64,000 nucleotides of DNA from Patescibacteria group bacterium (GCA_028718745.1 JAQULF010000001.1:31666-95665); one strand, 5' to 3'; counted from the stretch's first letter, positions 1-9,441 are shown. Notes: a model not told the origin generated them from the letters alone. Numbers and translations are program-made.

Positions 1-1280
1 GTGGCATGACTTCGCACGCGGCAGTAGTGGCTCGTGGAATGGGCAAATGTTGTGTTTCCGGCTGCGGCGATTTGAAGATTAATGAAGAAGAAAAATATTT
101 CCAAGATGCGGAAGGCAAGAAATATAAAGAAGGGGATTTCATCTCATTAGATGGATCTACCGGAAATGTCTATGGCAAAGAAATCGCGACAGTTGAAGCT
201 ATCGTTACCGGTGATTTTGCGACTCTTATGGAATGGGCTGATAAAGCTAGAAAATTAAAAGTCAGAGCTAATGCTGATACGCCAAAAGACGCCAAGAAAG
301 CCCGCGAATTTGGCGCCGAAGGAATCGGACTTTGCCGAACAGAACATATGTTCTTCGCTGAAGATCGCATCAAGGCTGTAAGAGAGATGATTGTGGCTAA
401 AAGTGAAGAGGAAAGACGCAAAGCATTGGATAAATTATTGCCGATGCAAAGAGAAGATTTTGAAGGATTATACAAAGAAATGGCCGGCTTCCCGGTAACT
501 ATCCGTTACTTGGACCCACCATTGCATGAATTTTTGCCTCATGAAGAGGATGATGTCAGATTAATCGCGGCAGAGATAGGTATTTCCTATGATGAACTAC
601 AAGCTAGAATAGATTCTCTGAAAGAATTTAATCCGATGATGGGACACCGCGGCGCGAGATTGGCTGTTACCTATCCTGAAATTGCCGAGATGCAAACTCG
701 CGCAGTGATTGAAGCGGCGATCAATGTTAACAAAGAAGGCATGGATGTCATTCCGGAAATAATGATTCCGTTAATTGGCGATGTCAAAGAGTTGAAATAT
801 GTCAAAGACATCGTAGTTGCTACAGCTGATGAGGTGATTAAGAAGGCAAAAGTGAAATTGGATTACAAAGTCGGCACAATGATTGAAATTCCTCGAGCAG
901 CTTTAACGGCTGACGAAATCGCTAAGGAAGCTGAATTTTTCTCATTCGGAACCAATGACCTAACTCAAATGACCTACGGATTTTCTCGCGATGACGCCGG
1001 CAATTTCTTGGGCGAATACTACGCAAGAAAGATTTTTGAACAAGATCCTTTTGCCAAAGTTGATCAAATCGGAGTTGGCAAACTGATGAAGATGGCTGCC
1101 GAACTCGGCAAATCAGTTCGGAAAGATATCAAGCTTGGAATCTGCGGAGAACACGGCGGCGATCCATCCTCTGTAGAATTCTGCCACCGAATCGGTTTAA
1201 ATTATGTTTCCTGCTCGCCATATCGGGTCCCAATCGCGCGACTAGCCGCAGCCCAAGCAGCAATTAAAGAGAAGAAATAA
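1..1280 (+). CDS. ppdK: Pyruvate phosphate dikinase, C-terminal part (5-prime truncated by window edge)
   Basis: C-terminal PEP-utilising/TIM-barrel region with motifs [43 protein letters not shown] typical of PPDK; ORF runs off the window start. Confidence 0.85.
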   Translation, partial: GMTSHAAVVARGMGKCCVSGCGDLKINEEEKYFQDAEGKKYKEGDFISLDGSTGNVYGKEIATVEAIVTGDFATLMEWADKARKLKVRANADTPKDAKKAREFGAEGIGLCRTEHMFFAEDRIKAVREMIVAKSEEERRKALDKLLPMQREDFEGLYKEMAGFPVTIRYLDPPLHEFLPHEEDDVRLIAAEIGISYDELQARIDSLKEFNPMMGHRGARLAVTYPEIAEMQTRAVIEAAINVNKEGMDVIPEIMIPLIGDVKELKYVKDIVVATADEVIKKAKVKLDYKVGTMIEIPRAALTADEIAKEAEFFSFGTNDLTQMTYGFSRDDAGNFLGEYYARKIFEQDPFAKVDQIGVGKLMKMAAELGKSVRKDIKLGICGEHGGDPSSVEFCHRIGLNYVSCSPYRVPIARLAAAQAAIKEKK

Positions 1281-1295
1281 ATTGAAGTGTTATTT

Positions 1296-1326
1296 AAAAA
1301 ACCCGGCTTTCGCCGGGTTTTTTATT
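1296..1326 (+). terminator. Rho-independent terminator after ppdK
   Basis: hairpin cccggc-tttcg-ccggg followed by T-run. Confidence 0.7.
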
Positions 1327-1400
1327 TGACAAAACCGCTTCAATGAGCTAAAATTAAAGGAAAAAAGGGAGAAAGGGTAAAATCCCAAAAGGAGACTGTC

Positions 1401-1703
1401 GTGACAAAAGAAGAATTTGTCGAACTACACGGAGAAGAGGCATGGGGAAAATTCGTTGAACCTTTACAAAAAGACAGAAAGCTTGGGATAAACGCTATCA
1501 AAATCGCGGACGGGATCATCTCCTCGATACTCTGCGATGCCGCCAAAGCGGGGGTGTACCGAATGCAAAGTCCGGAGCAGTTCTCTCTGATTGAGTTTGA
1601 GGAAAAACTTGACCGTCATTACCCCATTTTACAGTCTACCGCGCTTAAATGCGCCTTTCGAAACATCATCGAATCACGGGTGTCCATCATCATCCTGTCG
1701 TAA
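1401..1703 (+). CDS. hypothetical protein (GC-rich ORF)
   Basis: 100-aa ORF, visibly GC-richer than flanks; no recognisable motif. Confidence 0.35.
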   Translation: MTKEEFVELHGEEAWGKFVEPLQKDRKLGINAIKIADGIISSILCDAAKAGVYRMQSPEQFSLIEFEEKLDRHYPILQSTALKCAFRNIIESRVSIIILS

Positions 1704-1738
1704 TCACAACGACAACAACAGAAAGAAGGTGACAAAAT

Positions 1739-2020
1739 ATGTTTCAAGAACTCGCCATGAAATTCGGACCACTCACTGTTGTTGCCGACCTGATTTTTCT
1801 CGCCGCATTCATCATATCCGGTGCGATTCTGGCAAGCCATTACCTTTTCGAGGGATTGGTTTCCGCGTTAGCCGGCGAAGACGAAGATGATCTTTGCCAA
1901 TGCGACATAGTGAAAAAACACCTGCCTTGGGTGTTCCGCCTTTCGACTCTGGGATTCATAATTCTCACCCTCATAATGGCATATCCCCAGTATTTCATCT
2001 ACCCCTTCGTACCCCGCTAA
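1739..2020 (+). CDS. hypothetical small membrane protein (GC-rich ORF)
   Basis: 93-aa ORF with two hydrophobic segments; followed by hairpin+T-run at 2055-2100. Confidence 0.35.
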   Translation: MFQELAMKFGPLTVVADLIFLAAFIISGAILASHYLFEGLVSALAGEDEDDLCQCDIVKKHLPWVFRLSTLGFIILTLIMAYPQYFIYPFVPR

Positions 2021-2189
2021 CACCCCGCATTACCGCTTCCCGACGATAGCAAGTACTCTTGGTGCTATCGTTATACCGCCTAGCCAGCGGTTTTTTATTT
2101 GTCTGAACCACTGATTACACTGACATCACTGATAACACTGAAAGTTCAGTGTATTCATGTGTGGTCATGTGATTTTCAGTGGTTCAAAA

Positions 2190-4028
2190 TTATTTTTTCA
2201 TCAGATCCAAAAACACGTTCGACGGCACATTCACTCTCCCCAATGCCTTCATCTTTTTTTTGCCTTCTTTTTGCTTATTAATCAATTTATCTTTGCGAGT
2301 TCGATCACCTCCATAAAGGTATCCGGCGACATCTTTTTTCATCGCCGACATATTTTCGCGAGCCAATATCCGTGAGCCGATCGCCGCTTGAATAGAAACC
2401 TCAAACATCTGCCTTGGAATTAATTTTTTCAATTTGCTCACTATTTCATTGCCGGCTTTTTGCGCCTCATCCTTATCGACAATTTGGCTCAATGACTCAA
2501 TTTTATCTCCCGCCAAAAGCACATCCATTTTAGCCAAATTTCCTTCTCTTAGCCCTATATGCTCATAATTAAGCGACGCATAACCGGACGAAACCGATTT
2601 GAGATCATCATAAAAATCCTTGATCATTACAGCTAGCGGAACTTCATAAATAATCAAAGCCTTGCTCTCGTCAATATATTTTACTTCACGATAAATCCCG
2701 CGATACCTTCCTAGCATATCCAGAACTGATCCGACGAATGTCTTGGGCAATAATATCTCGGTAGTAACCCAAGGTTCGGAAATTGACTTGGTTCTTTCCA
2801 GCCCCGGAAATTCAGCCGGATTACTTGTCGCAATCTTCTCGCCATTAGTCAGCTCTATTTCATAACCAACAGTCGGATGAGTAATAATTAATTCCAAGTT
2901 AAATTCGCGCTCTAATCTTTCTTTGATAATATCAAGATGTAGCATGCCGAGAAACCCAACGCGAAAACCCAATCCCAAAACAGGGGAGTTTTCACCGGTA
3001 AATTCCAGCGCTGCATCATTCATTTTTAGTTTTGATAATCCTTCACGAAGCTTGTTTAAATCATTGCTGTCAGCCGGATAAATTCCCGCGAATACGGTTG
3101 GTTTTACTTTTTTATAACCCGGTAGGGGACTGATGTCTTCCTTAAATTTTTCAAGAGTAATCGTATCGCCCACTCCAACTAAAGAAATATCTTTGAGCGA
3201 AGTTACAATATAACCGATCTCACCAGCTAAAAGTTTCCCCGATTCCAGCATCCCCGGTTTGAAATAGCCAATCTCAAGCGCTTCTGCTCCCTTTTTTGCT
3301 GATACTAAAAATATTTTTTCGCCGCTTTTTACTTCTCCATCAAAAACGCGAACAAAGGCGATAACTCCGCGGTAAGAATCGTATTTTGAATCAAAAACCA
3401 AAGCGCGCAGTTTATCTGGTTTATCTGCCCGGACAACCCGGACATCCAATGTCGGGGAATTCCCCGACATTGGATGTCCGGGCGCTGGAATTCGCTCAAC
3501 TATCGCTTCCAAAACTTTTTCAACACCTTCGCCTGTCTTGGCCGAAACATAAATCATTTCTTCTTTTTTGAAACCGAAAGTGTTAATTAATTCTCCTGCT
3601 ACTTTTTCTCGATCAGCCGCCGGTAGATCGATTTTATTTATAATCGGGATTAAAGTTAATCCCTGCTCTTGCGCTTGATAGGCATTCGCCAGTGTCTGCG
3701 CTTGAATCCCCTGCGTCGCATCAACGATTAATAACGCCCCCTCAACCGCAGCCAGCGAGCGACTAACTTCATAAGCAAAATCTACATGACCGGGAGTATC
3801 AATCAAATTCAAAATATATTCCTTATAATTCATCCGTGCCGGCTGCAGTTTAATCGTTATGCCGCGTTCGCGTTCCAAATCCATCGTGTCAAGAAGCTGG
3901 TCTTTCATTTCTCTTTTGCTAACCGTTCCGGTCAACTCCAAAAGCCGATCCGCGAGAGTGCTTTTCCCGTGATCAATGTGTGCAATTATACAAAAGTTGC
4001 GTATATTTTTCATAAGTTTAGTGATCAA
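2190..4028 (-). CDS. lepA: Elongation factor 4 (LepA), with in-frame 15-aa palindrome-encoded insertion
   Basis: N-terminal GTPase motifs AHIDHGKST, DTPGHVDF; LepA-specific C-terminal domain; 612 aa. Confidence 0.95.
   Translation of the reverse strand: MITKLMKNIRNFCIIAHIDHGKSTLADRLLELTGTVSKREMKDQLLDTMDLERERGITIKLQPARMNYKEYILNLIDTPGHVDFAYEVSRSLAAVEGALLIVDATQGIQAQTLANAYQAQEQGLTLIPIINKIDLPAADREKVAGELINTFGFKKEEMIYVSAKTGEGVEKVLEAIVERIPAPGHPMSGNSPTLDVRVVRADKPDKLRALVFDSKYDSYRGVIAFVRVFDGEVKSGEKIFLVSAKKGAEALEIGYFKPGMLESGKLLAGEIGYIVTSLKDISLVGVGDTITLEKFKEDISPLPGYKKVKPTVFAGIYPADSNDLNKLREGLSKLKMNDAALEFTGENSPVLGLGFRVGFLGMLHLDIIKERLEREFNLELIITHPTVGYEIELTNGEKIATSNPAEFPGLERTKSISEPWVTTEILLPKTFVGSVLDMLGRYRGIYREVKYIDESKALIIYEVPLAVMIKDFYDDLKSVSSGYASLNYEHIGLREGNLAKMDVLLAGDKIESLSQIVDKDEAQKAGNEIVSKLKKLIPRQMFEVSIQAAIGSRILARENMSAMKKDVAGYLYGGDRTRKDKLINKQKEGKKKMKALGRVNVPSNVFLDLMKK
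3436..3481. repeat. 46-bp perfect GC-rich palindrome (centre GAATTC) inside lepA coding sequence
   Basis: cccggacatccaatgtcggggaattccccgacattggatgtccggg reads identically on both strands; encodes PGHPMSGNSPTLDVR in lepA and the same peptide in the opposite-strand ORF 3386..3571. Confidence 0.9.
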
Positions 4029-4135
4029 TGCCTGCCCCTCGAAGTTCGCATTGGCAATAACAGAATGTAATTCGTTTTGCCAGTAAGAACGAAGTGGGGT
4101 GAGCTATAATACAAAAATTTCGAATGTTTTTCATT

Positions 4136-4402
4136 TTAACCGGTTCCCAAATAATTATGTGTTCCCGCATATCTTATGTAAAAAGTATCATTTTCTATAT
4201 AAAAAAATATCCGATAATCTTTATCTATTAATATCTCTTTATAAATTTTGTAATCCCCTCGCAATGATTTTATATCAAAAGGAAAATCCTCCAAACTATC
4301 ACTTTCTAAAACAAAAGAAACCAATATCTCGGCTTTCTTTTTTATCTTTGGAGAGGACTTGGAAAGTTGTTTTTGGGCATCTCTATGAATTTCTATTCTC
4401 AT
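4136..4402 (-). CDS. Type II toxin, RelE/ParE family
   Basis: 88 aa; C-terminal pattern LRGDYKIYKEILIDKDYRIFFYIENDTFYIRYAGTH typical of RelE/ParE toxins; 4-nt overlap with upstream antitoxin. Confidence 0.7.
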   Translation of the reverse strand: MRIEIHRDAQKQLSKSSPKIKKKAEILVSFVLESDSLEDFPFDIKSLRGDYKIYKEILIDKDYRIFFYIENDTFYIRYAGTHNYLGTG

Positions 4403-4641
4403 TTAGAACCGATTAGCTTTCTAAAATGATTAATGTCTTTTATCTCGGTATATTCCTCTTTATTATCATTCTTTAATAATCTCAATTCCATTTTTGCATC
4501 TTTATCTTTTACAATTTGATTCAGATTCAATTCTATAAATTGAGTCAATGAAATACCAAGATCATCCAAAACCTTAGTGGCCATCTCTTTTAAGAGAGGA
4601 TTGATTCTCGCGTGAATATTGCTTGTTTTTGTTGTACTCAT
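4399..4641 (-). CDS. Type II antitoxin, RelB/DinJ-like (ribbon-helix-helix)
   Basis: start chosen at internal Met MSTTKTSNIHARINPLLKEMATKVLDDLGISLTQFIELNLNQIV, resembling DinJ/RelB N-terminus; overlaps toxin start. Confidence 0.6.
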   Translation of the reverse strand: MSTTKTSNIHARINPLLKEMATKVLDDLGISLTQFIELNLNQIVKDKDAKMELRLLKNDNKEEYTEIKDINHFRKLIGSK

Positions 4642-4751
4642 ATTTTTTACTTTATTAATATTATATCCATTATACATCATTGCAGCACAATTGCAACACA
4701 AAAAAAGCAGTTTTATGCACCCGCTTTATACTTAATACATCATACTTAATA

Positions 4752-6332
4752 CTACCTTAGAACTTTCCTAAATATCCCCGTCACCCCATCGAGAAGTTTC
4801 TGGGCTTCGGGAACTTTGAATATCGTAGAGAGAACGAGATAAATAAAGCAACCTACAAAACCGGCAATACAAGTTTGGCCAAGCAGACCGATTGTAGATA
4901 ATGTATTAAAATAATTCGCCGCGTAATACAGAGTGAAATAGGAAAAAACACCGGCAGAAATACTGAAAATCAGATATTTTCCTGAAGTCAAAAAGATCGC
5001 GTTCATATCAATCTTCTTGAATCTTTCTTTAAGTAAAACCAGCAGGAAGAAAAGATTTACAAAAGAGGCGATGACTCCGGCTAGAGCCAAGCCAACAACA
5101 TGAAATGGGATCACTTTTGTAAAAACAATGCTGCCGATAGCATTGACGATAAATGCGACCACAACTACTTTGACCGGGGTCTTCGTATCTCCGGTGGCGT
5201 AAAAAGCGCGCGCCAAAAATGGGACTAGTCCTTGCGCAACAAGCCCCAAAGCAAGATAGCCGAAAGTACGAGCCGTCCAGATAGTATTACTGACATCAAA
5301 AAGTCCGGCGCCTAAAATCAAACGAACGATATGGGCGCGAAAAACCAGCATCAAAACCATCGCCGGCATTAATAAATACAACATCATTTTAAATGTTTCG
5401 GTAAAATTCAGCACAAAAACATCATCTTTTTTCTGAGCGTGAGCGTACGAGAGAATTGGAAAAACTGACACCGCAAAAGATATTCCAATTAATCCCACCG
5501 GCAAACTAACCAGATTGGTTGCCAGATTTATAATGGCAATACTGCCATTTTCCAGTGTGGAACCGATAAGATTATCTACCAATAAATTAATTTGAACTAG
5601 GGCTAAACCAATCGTTACCGGCACCATCAGCCTCATTATTTTTACAAAATGCTCGTCCTTCCAATCAAAAACTTTTTGAAAGCGAAAGCCGACTTTGAAA
5701 AATGTGGGGACTTGCACCATCATGTGCGCGAAAGCTCCAATAACTACTCCCCAAGCCAATCCGGCCGTTCCTAAAACCGGAACAAGATATAGCGCGCCGA
5801 GAATTATTCCGATGTTGTAAAGAATGGGAGCTAGCGAATAAACGAAAAATTTTCCGAAACTATTAAGCACACCTCCGATAACAGATGAGATCGAGAAGAA
5901 AAGCGGCGAAAGCAGCATGATGCGGGTTAGAAGCGTTACTTCTTCCAATTGAACGGTATTAAATCCGGGAGTAGCGATTTTCATTATCCATGGACAGAAA
6001 ATAAAAATAACCAGCATAGCAGCAATTAAAACCACCAAGATAATATTGAGAAAGTTGCTAACCATTCTCCAGGCTTTTTTCTCATTTTTGAAAATAAGAT
6101 CGGAAAAAACCGGAATGAAAGCTGAAGACAAAGCGCCTAAAATTAACAAATTGAAAATCAAATCCGGAATTCGAAAGGCCGCGTAATAAGTATCCAGCGT
6201 CGCCCCGGCGCCAAATTCAGAAGCCAAAACACGATCTCGGAAAATACCAAGCAAGCGAGAGGCCAATGACGCCACCGCGATAATAATCGCATTTTGAGAA
6301 ACTAATGAAATTTTATCTAAAATATTTTTCAT
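4752..6332 (-). CDS. murJ: Lipid II flippase MurJ (MviN)
   Basis: 526 aa, about 14 TM segments, N-terminal RLLGIFRDRVLASEFGAGATLDTYYAAFRIPDL signature of MurJ. Confidence 0.9.
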   Translation of the reverse strand: MKNILDKISLVSQNAIIIAVASLASRLLGIFRDRVLASEFGAGATLDTYYAAFRIPDLIFNLLILGALSSAFIPVFSDLIFKNEKKAWRMVSNFLNIILVVLIAAMLVIFIFCPWIMKIATPGFNTVQLEEVTLLTRIMLLSPLFFSISSVIGGVLNSFGKFFVYSLAPILYNIGIILGALYLVPVLGTAGLAWGVVIGAFAHMMVQVPTFFKVGFRFQKVFDWKDEHFVKIMRLMVPVTIGLALVQINLLVDNLIGSTLENGSIAIINLATNLVSLPVGLIGISFAVSVFPILSYAHAQKKDDVFVLNFTETFKMMLYLLMPAMVLMLVFRAHIVRLILGAGLFDVSNTIWTARTFGYLALGLVAQGLVPFLARAFYATGDTKTPVKVVVVAFIVNAIGSIVFTKVIPFHVVGLALAGVIASFVNLFFLLVLLKERFKKIDMNAIFLTSGKYLIFSISAGVFSYFTLYYAANYFNTLSTIGLLGQTCIAGFVGCFIYLVLSTIFKVPEAQKLLDGVTGIFRKVLR

Positions 6333-6382
6333 GAGTTACAAATAGTTACAAATTCACACAAATATAATTATAGCAGATTCCC

Positions 6383-6414
6383 TTACTGCTTACTACCTAC
6401 TACTTACTACTTAA
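6383..6414. repeat. TACTACT-type heptamer tandem array abutting the stop codon of the ABC transporter gene
   Basis: cttactgcttactacctactacttactactta; a near-identical array at 57251-57285 abuts the efp stop. Confidence 0.8.
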
Positions 6415-6417
6415 TGC

Positions 6418-8205
6418 CTAGAGCTTCTGTAACTCGTAGAATTTTCGATAAGCCCCGCCTCGTTTTTTGATTAGATCTTTATGCTTGCCTTCTTCAACCA
6501 CTCTCCCCTTATCCAAAACCAAGATTCGATCCGCCTTGCGAACTGTGGAAAGGCGATGCGCGATGATGAATGTTGTTCTTCCTGTCATTAATTCCTCAAG
6601 CGCCGCCACTACTTCTCTTTCACTTTTCGCATCCAGCGCCGAAGTCGGCTCGTCTAGAATTAAAATGCGAGGATCTTTCAAAATCGCTCGAGCAATCGCA
6701 ATTCTTTGTTTTTGTCCTCCGGAAAGTTTTACTCCGCGATCGCCAACCAACTGATTGTACTTGTTTCTGAATTTTTGAATAAAGTCATGCGCAAAAGCTT
6801 TTTTGGAAGCTACTAACATTTCTTTGTCGCTGGCTCCAAAACAACCATATTTGATGTTTGCCTTAACCGTATCATTAAAAAGCAAAATCTCTTGCGGCAC
6901 TATAGCAATTTTTCTTCTCAAAAACTCCAGGTCAATTTTCGAATTTTCCACTCCATCAATATATATTTTCCCTTTTTGCGGCTGGTAATAATTGGAAATA
7001 AGATCGGCCAAGGTGGTTTTACCTACACCCGATTCGCCAACTAGTGCGATGATTTCTCCCGGCTTAACGCTAAAGCTGATATCATTCAAAACATCCTGAT
7101 TCTTTTTTTCATATTTGAAAGATACATTTTCAAATTTTACCGATCCCGCGATATCATTCATTTTTACCGCATCTTTTGGGGTATAATTTTCCGGCTTAAC
7201 ATTGATGATATTTTCCGCTCTTTCAACACTGATCAAAATGTTTTGCATATTCTGCCATTTATTAACCATACTGGAAAATGGCGAGAAAAGCATGGCGATA
7301 TAAGTGTTGTACATCATTAGCTGACCAATGGTAATTTGGCCATTCCAGATCAGAATTATGGAATAGGAAAAAACAAATATCTGTACAGCCAATACCATTC
7401 CGCGATAAAAAAGCTGATTTCTCTGCCAAATCTTAAGGTAGTGCAATAGAAAATTAAGTCCTTTTTCTATAAAGATATTTTTTACTTTCTTTGACTCATA
7501 TTCTTCTGCGACATATTGTTTTACATTTTGAATGTTTATCACCACATCATAACTATGGCCATAAGCCTTGTTATAACCCTTATTCATTTTACGGCGCAAT
7601 CCGGCCAAATCAGGAGTAATTTTGAATAGAAGATAGACATAGATAGCCAAAGCTATCACCACAACTGTCGTCAAAAACCAGCTGACAAAGAACATGAAGA
7701 TAAGCGCGAAAATGACTCCCAAAAATTGAGGGAGGAGATCGGCCACTATACCGCTAAAAACATTGTAGATGTTACCGCTGGCTCTATTTAATTTATCCAT
7801 CACATCCCCAAGTTTGTGGTTTTTTGTAAAAGACAAGGGTAATCTCAAAATAGCCGCCACCCCATCATACATATAAGCTACTTCGGCGCTTTCCGCTAAT
7901 AAACTTACCATGCGATCCAGTCTCCAACTAATCAGATCCGCAATTGCTTTTGCCACCGCCCATAAAACGAGGTAAACAAAAACTGCCTTCAATACATAGC
8001 TAAGAAGGTGAATATCGCTAGGTGTCACTATGCCATCAATAACTTTTCCGGAGAGATAGGGAACTACAGTATTAAAAACAGCCACCAATACACTGGCGAC
8101 CGATATCCCGATCAGTTCTTTTTTGTAGCGAATAAAATGTCTTTTCAAATAGCCGCTTTTGGCAACCATCTGCCGAAATGTCAGCTTATTCTTTTTCTTT
8201 TGCAT
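6418..8205 (-). CDS. ABC transporter, fused permease/ATP-binding (type I exporter, MsbA-like)
   Basis: 595 aa; 6 TM N-terminal domain; Walker A GESGVGKTT, signature LSGGQKQRIAIARA, Walker B ILILDEPTSALD. Confidence 0.9.
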   Translation of the reverse strand: MQKKKNKLTFRQMVAKSGYLKRHFIRYKKELIGISVASVLVAVFNTVVPYLSGKVIDGIVTPSDIHLLSYVLKAVFVYLVLWAVAKAIADLISWRLDRMVSLLAESAEVAYMYDGVAAILRLPLSFTKNHKLGDVMDKLNRASGNIYNVFSGIVADLLPQFLGVIFALIFMFFVSWFLTTVVVIALAIYVYLLFKITPDLAGLRRKMNKGYNKAYGHSYDVVINIQNVKQYVAEEYESKKVKNIFIEKGLNFLLHYLKIWQRNQLFYRGMVLAVQIFVFSYSIILIWNGQITIGQLMMYNTYIAMLFSPFSSMVNKWQNMQNILISVERAENIINVKPENYTPKDAVKMNDIAGSVKFENVSFKYEKKNQDVLNDISFSVKPGEIIALVGESGVGKTTLADLISNYYQPQKGKIYIDGVENSKIDLEFLRRKIAIVPQEILLFNDTVKANIKYGCFGASDKEMLVASKKAFAHDFIQKFRNKYNQLVGDRGVKLSGGQKQRIAIARAILKDPRILILDEPTSALDAKSEREVVAALEELMTGRTTFIIAHRLSTVRKADRILVLDKGRVVEEGKHKDLIKKRGGAYRKFYELQKL

Positions 8206-8328
8206 AAAAAGTTTTCCACTGCGAAGTGGAAATATTTATTTTTGTTTGAAATCATTATAACATATTTTGTAAATAAAAAAACCGGGCAGTACACACCGGT
8301 TTAATTTCGAGACCATATCCCACATTCT

Positions 8329-8646
8329 TTATGGCCTCAATGTTACTGTGGAACCAGCGGGCTTGAACGCCGCCAGCGGGACATACTCAATTTCATATTC
8401 TTCAAGCCTCCACATTATCTTCTCGATCGCATTAAGTTCTGAATTTGTCAGAAAAAACACTCGGATGTAGGGCTTCACACCAGAAGTCGTCCCGACAAGC
8501 TCCATCTTAAATTGATCACGAAGATCTGCCAGATACGGGAACTCGTCCATGACATCGCACATCGCCTTGGTCACAAGATCGCATATCACATTTGCGGCAG
8601 CTAGTTCAGCAGGAAGCAAAAACGAGCAATGGGTCTCAACTCTCAT
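8329..8646 (-). CDS. hypothetical protein (GC-rich cluster gene 3)
   Basis: 105-aa ORF; GC-richer than genome background; terminator hairpin downstream at about 8275-8305. Confidence 0.4.
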   Translation of the reverse strand: MRVETHCSFLLPAELAAANVICDLVTKAMCDVMDEFPYLADLRDQFKMELVGTTSGVKPYIRVFFLTNSELNAIEKIMWRLEEYEIEYVPLAAFKPAGSTVTLRP

Positions 8647-8681
8647 TCATTTCACCTCCCCCCGTTTCTTTTTTTCATACT

Positions 8682-9068
8682 TCACCGGTAAACATGATGA
8701 CGGAAATCTTTTGAGCCAGCGGACTTGAAGAAATCCATGGCAACAATCCCGACATCGTAGTCAACAAGATGCTTCGAAATTACTTTTTGCAACTTCTCAT
8801 TCCACGCGTCGTTCAGCCCATAAATAAATATCTGGGTGGCGGTTTTATTTCCGGAGATTTCAGCCTCCACAATCATGAGAGTAATCTTCTCCCGTATCTT
8901 AAGGGGGAGCTTTTTCTTTACTCTCTCAATCGCTGCCCTGACATCCGCTTTTGTCTTCAAAACATTTCCCTCATCGGGGGTAAACACGACAATGTGCGGC
9001 AACTCTTTCACCTCCTCACTTTCTTTTCGACCGAAGTCGTGGAATTTATGCTTTTTTGTAAAAATCAC
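8682..9068 (-). CDS. hypothetical protein (GC-rich cluster gene 2)
   Basis: 128-aa ORF, no recognisable motif. Confidence 0.4.
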   Translation of the reverse strand: MIFTKKHKFHDFGRKESEEVKELPHIVVFTPDEGNVLKTKADVRAAIERVKKKLPLKIREKITLMIVEAEISGNKTATQIFIYGLNDAWNEKLQKVISKHLVDYDVGIVAMDFFKSAGSKDFRHHVYR

Positions 9069-9288
9069 ACATGGTCACGGGACAAGGTCTGGCCATGTTG
9101 AAGGCTTTGTATTTACCCGTTTTCCAGTTGATGGGATAAGGGCAATCGCCGCCTTTCGTTTTTGCCCTTGCGCACGAAAGACATATCGAGATTCTGGTTT
9201 GGTCTGAAGAAAAGGTTATAGTAGGAAGCTTTGATTTCCCTTCCTTTTTCATGTCCGAATACCTCGCACTTTGTATTTTTTGGTTCAT
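9046..9288 (-). CDS. hypothetical Cys-rich small protein (GC-rich cluster gene 1)
   Basis: 80 aa with CxxC...C...C pattern; overlaps next ORF by 23 nt. Confidence 0.35.
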   Translation of the reverse strand: MNQKIQSARYSDMKKEGKSKLPTITFSSDQTRISICLSCARAKTKGGDCPYPINWKTGKYKAFNMARPCPVTMCDFYKKA

Positions 9289-9313
9289 TAATTCTTAATG
9301 TCCGATCTTGGGT

Positions 9314-9441
9314 GGGGAAACTCCGCCCCTACAATGCGTTGGCTCCATGCTCCTGCGTGGAGCCAGTTTGTTCATTGATGTATTAAAAAATCCTTTTAAA
9401 TGCTTTATGTACATTAAGGTTCCATGCGGGAGCATGGAACC
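9314..9441. repeat. Intergenic nest of GC-rich palindromic elements related to the in-frame elements in tsaE and tlyA
   Basis: ggggaaactccgcccctacaatgcg (shares cgcccctacaa-tgc with tsaE element), gcgttggctccatgctcctgcgtggagcc (29/29 identical to tlyA element at 55384-55412), and palindrome ggttccatgcgggagcatggaacc. Confidence 0.8.

Noticed and set aside
170-475. Antisense ORFs within ppdK, and similar antisense or internal ORFs inside lepA, ftsH, the ABC exporter, typA, trpS, tlyA, the acyltransferase and gpmI
   Set aside because: They are embedded in well-supported conserved genes on the other strand or frame, with no independent support.
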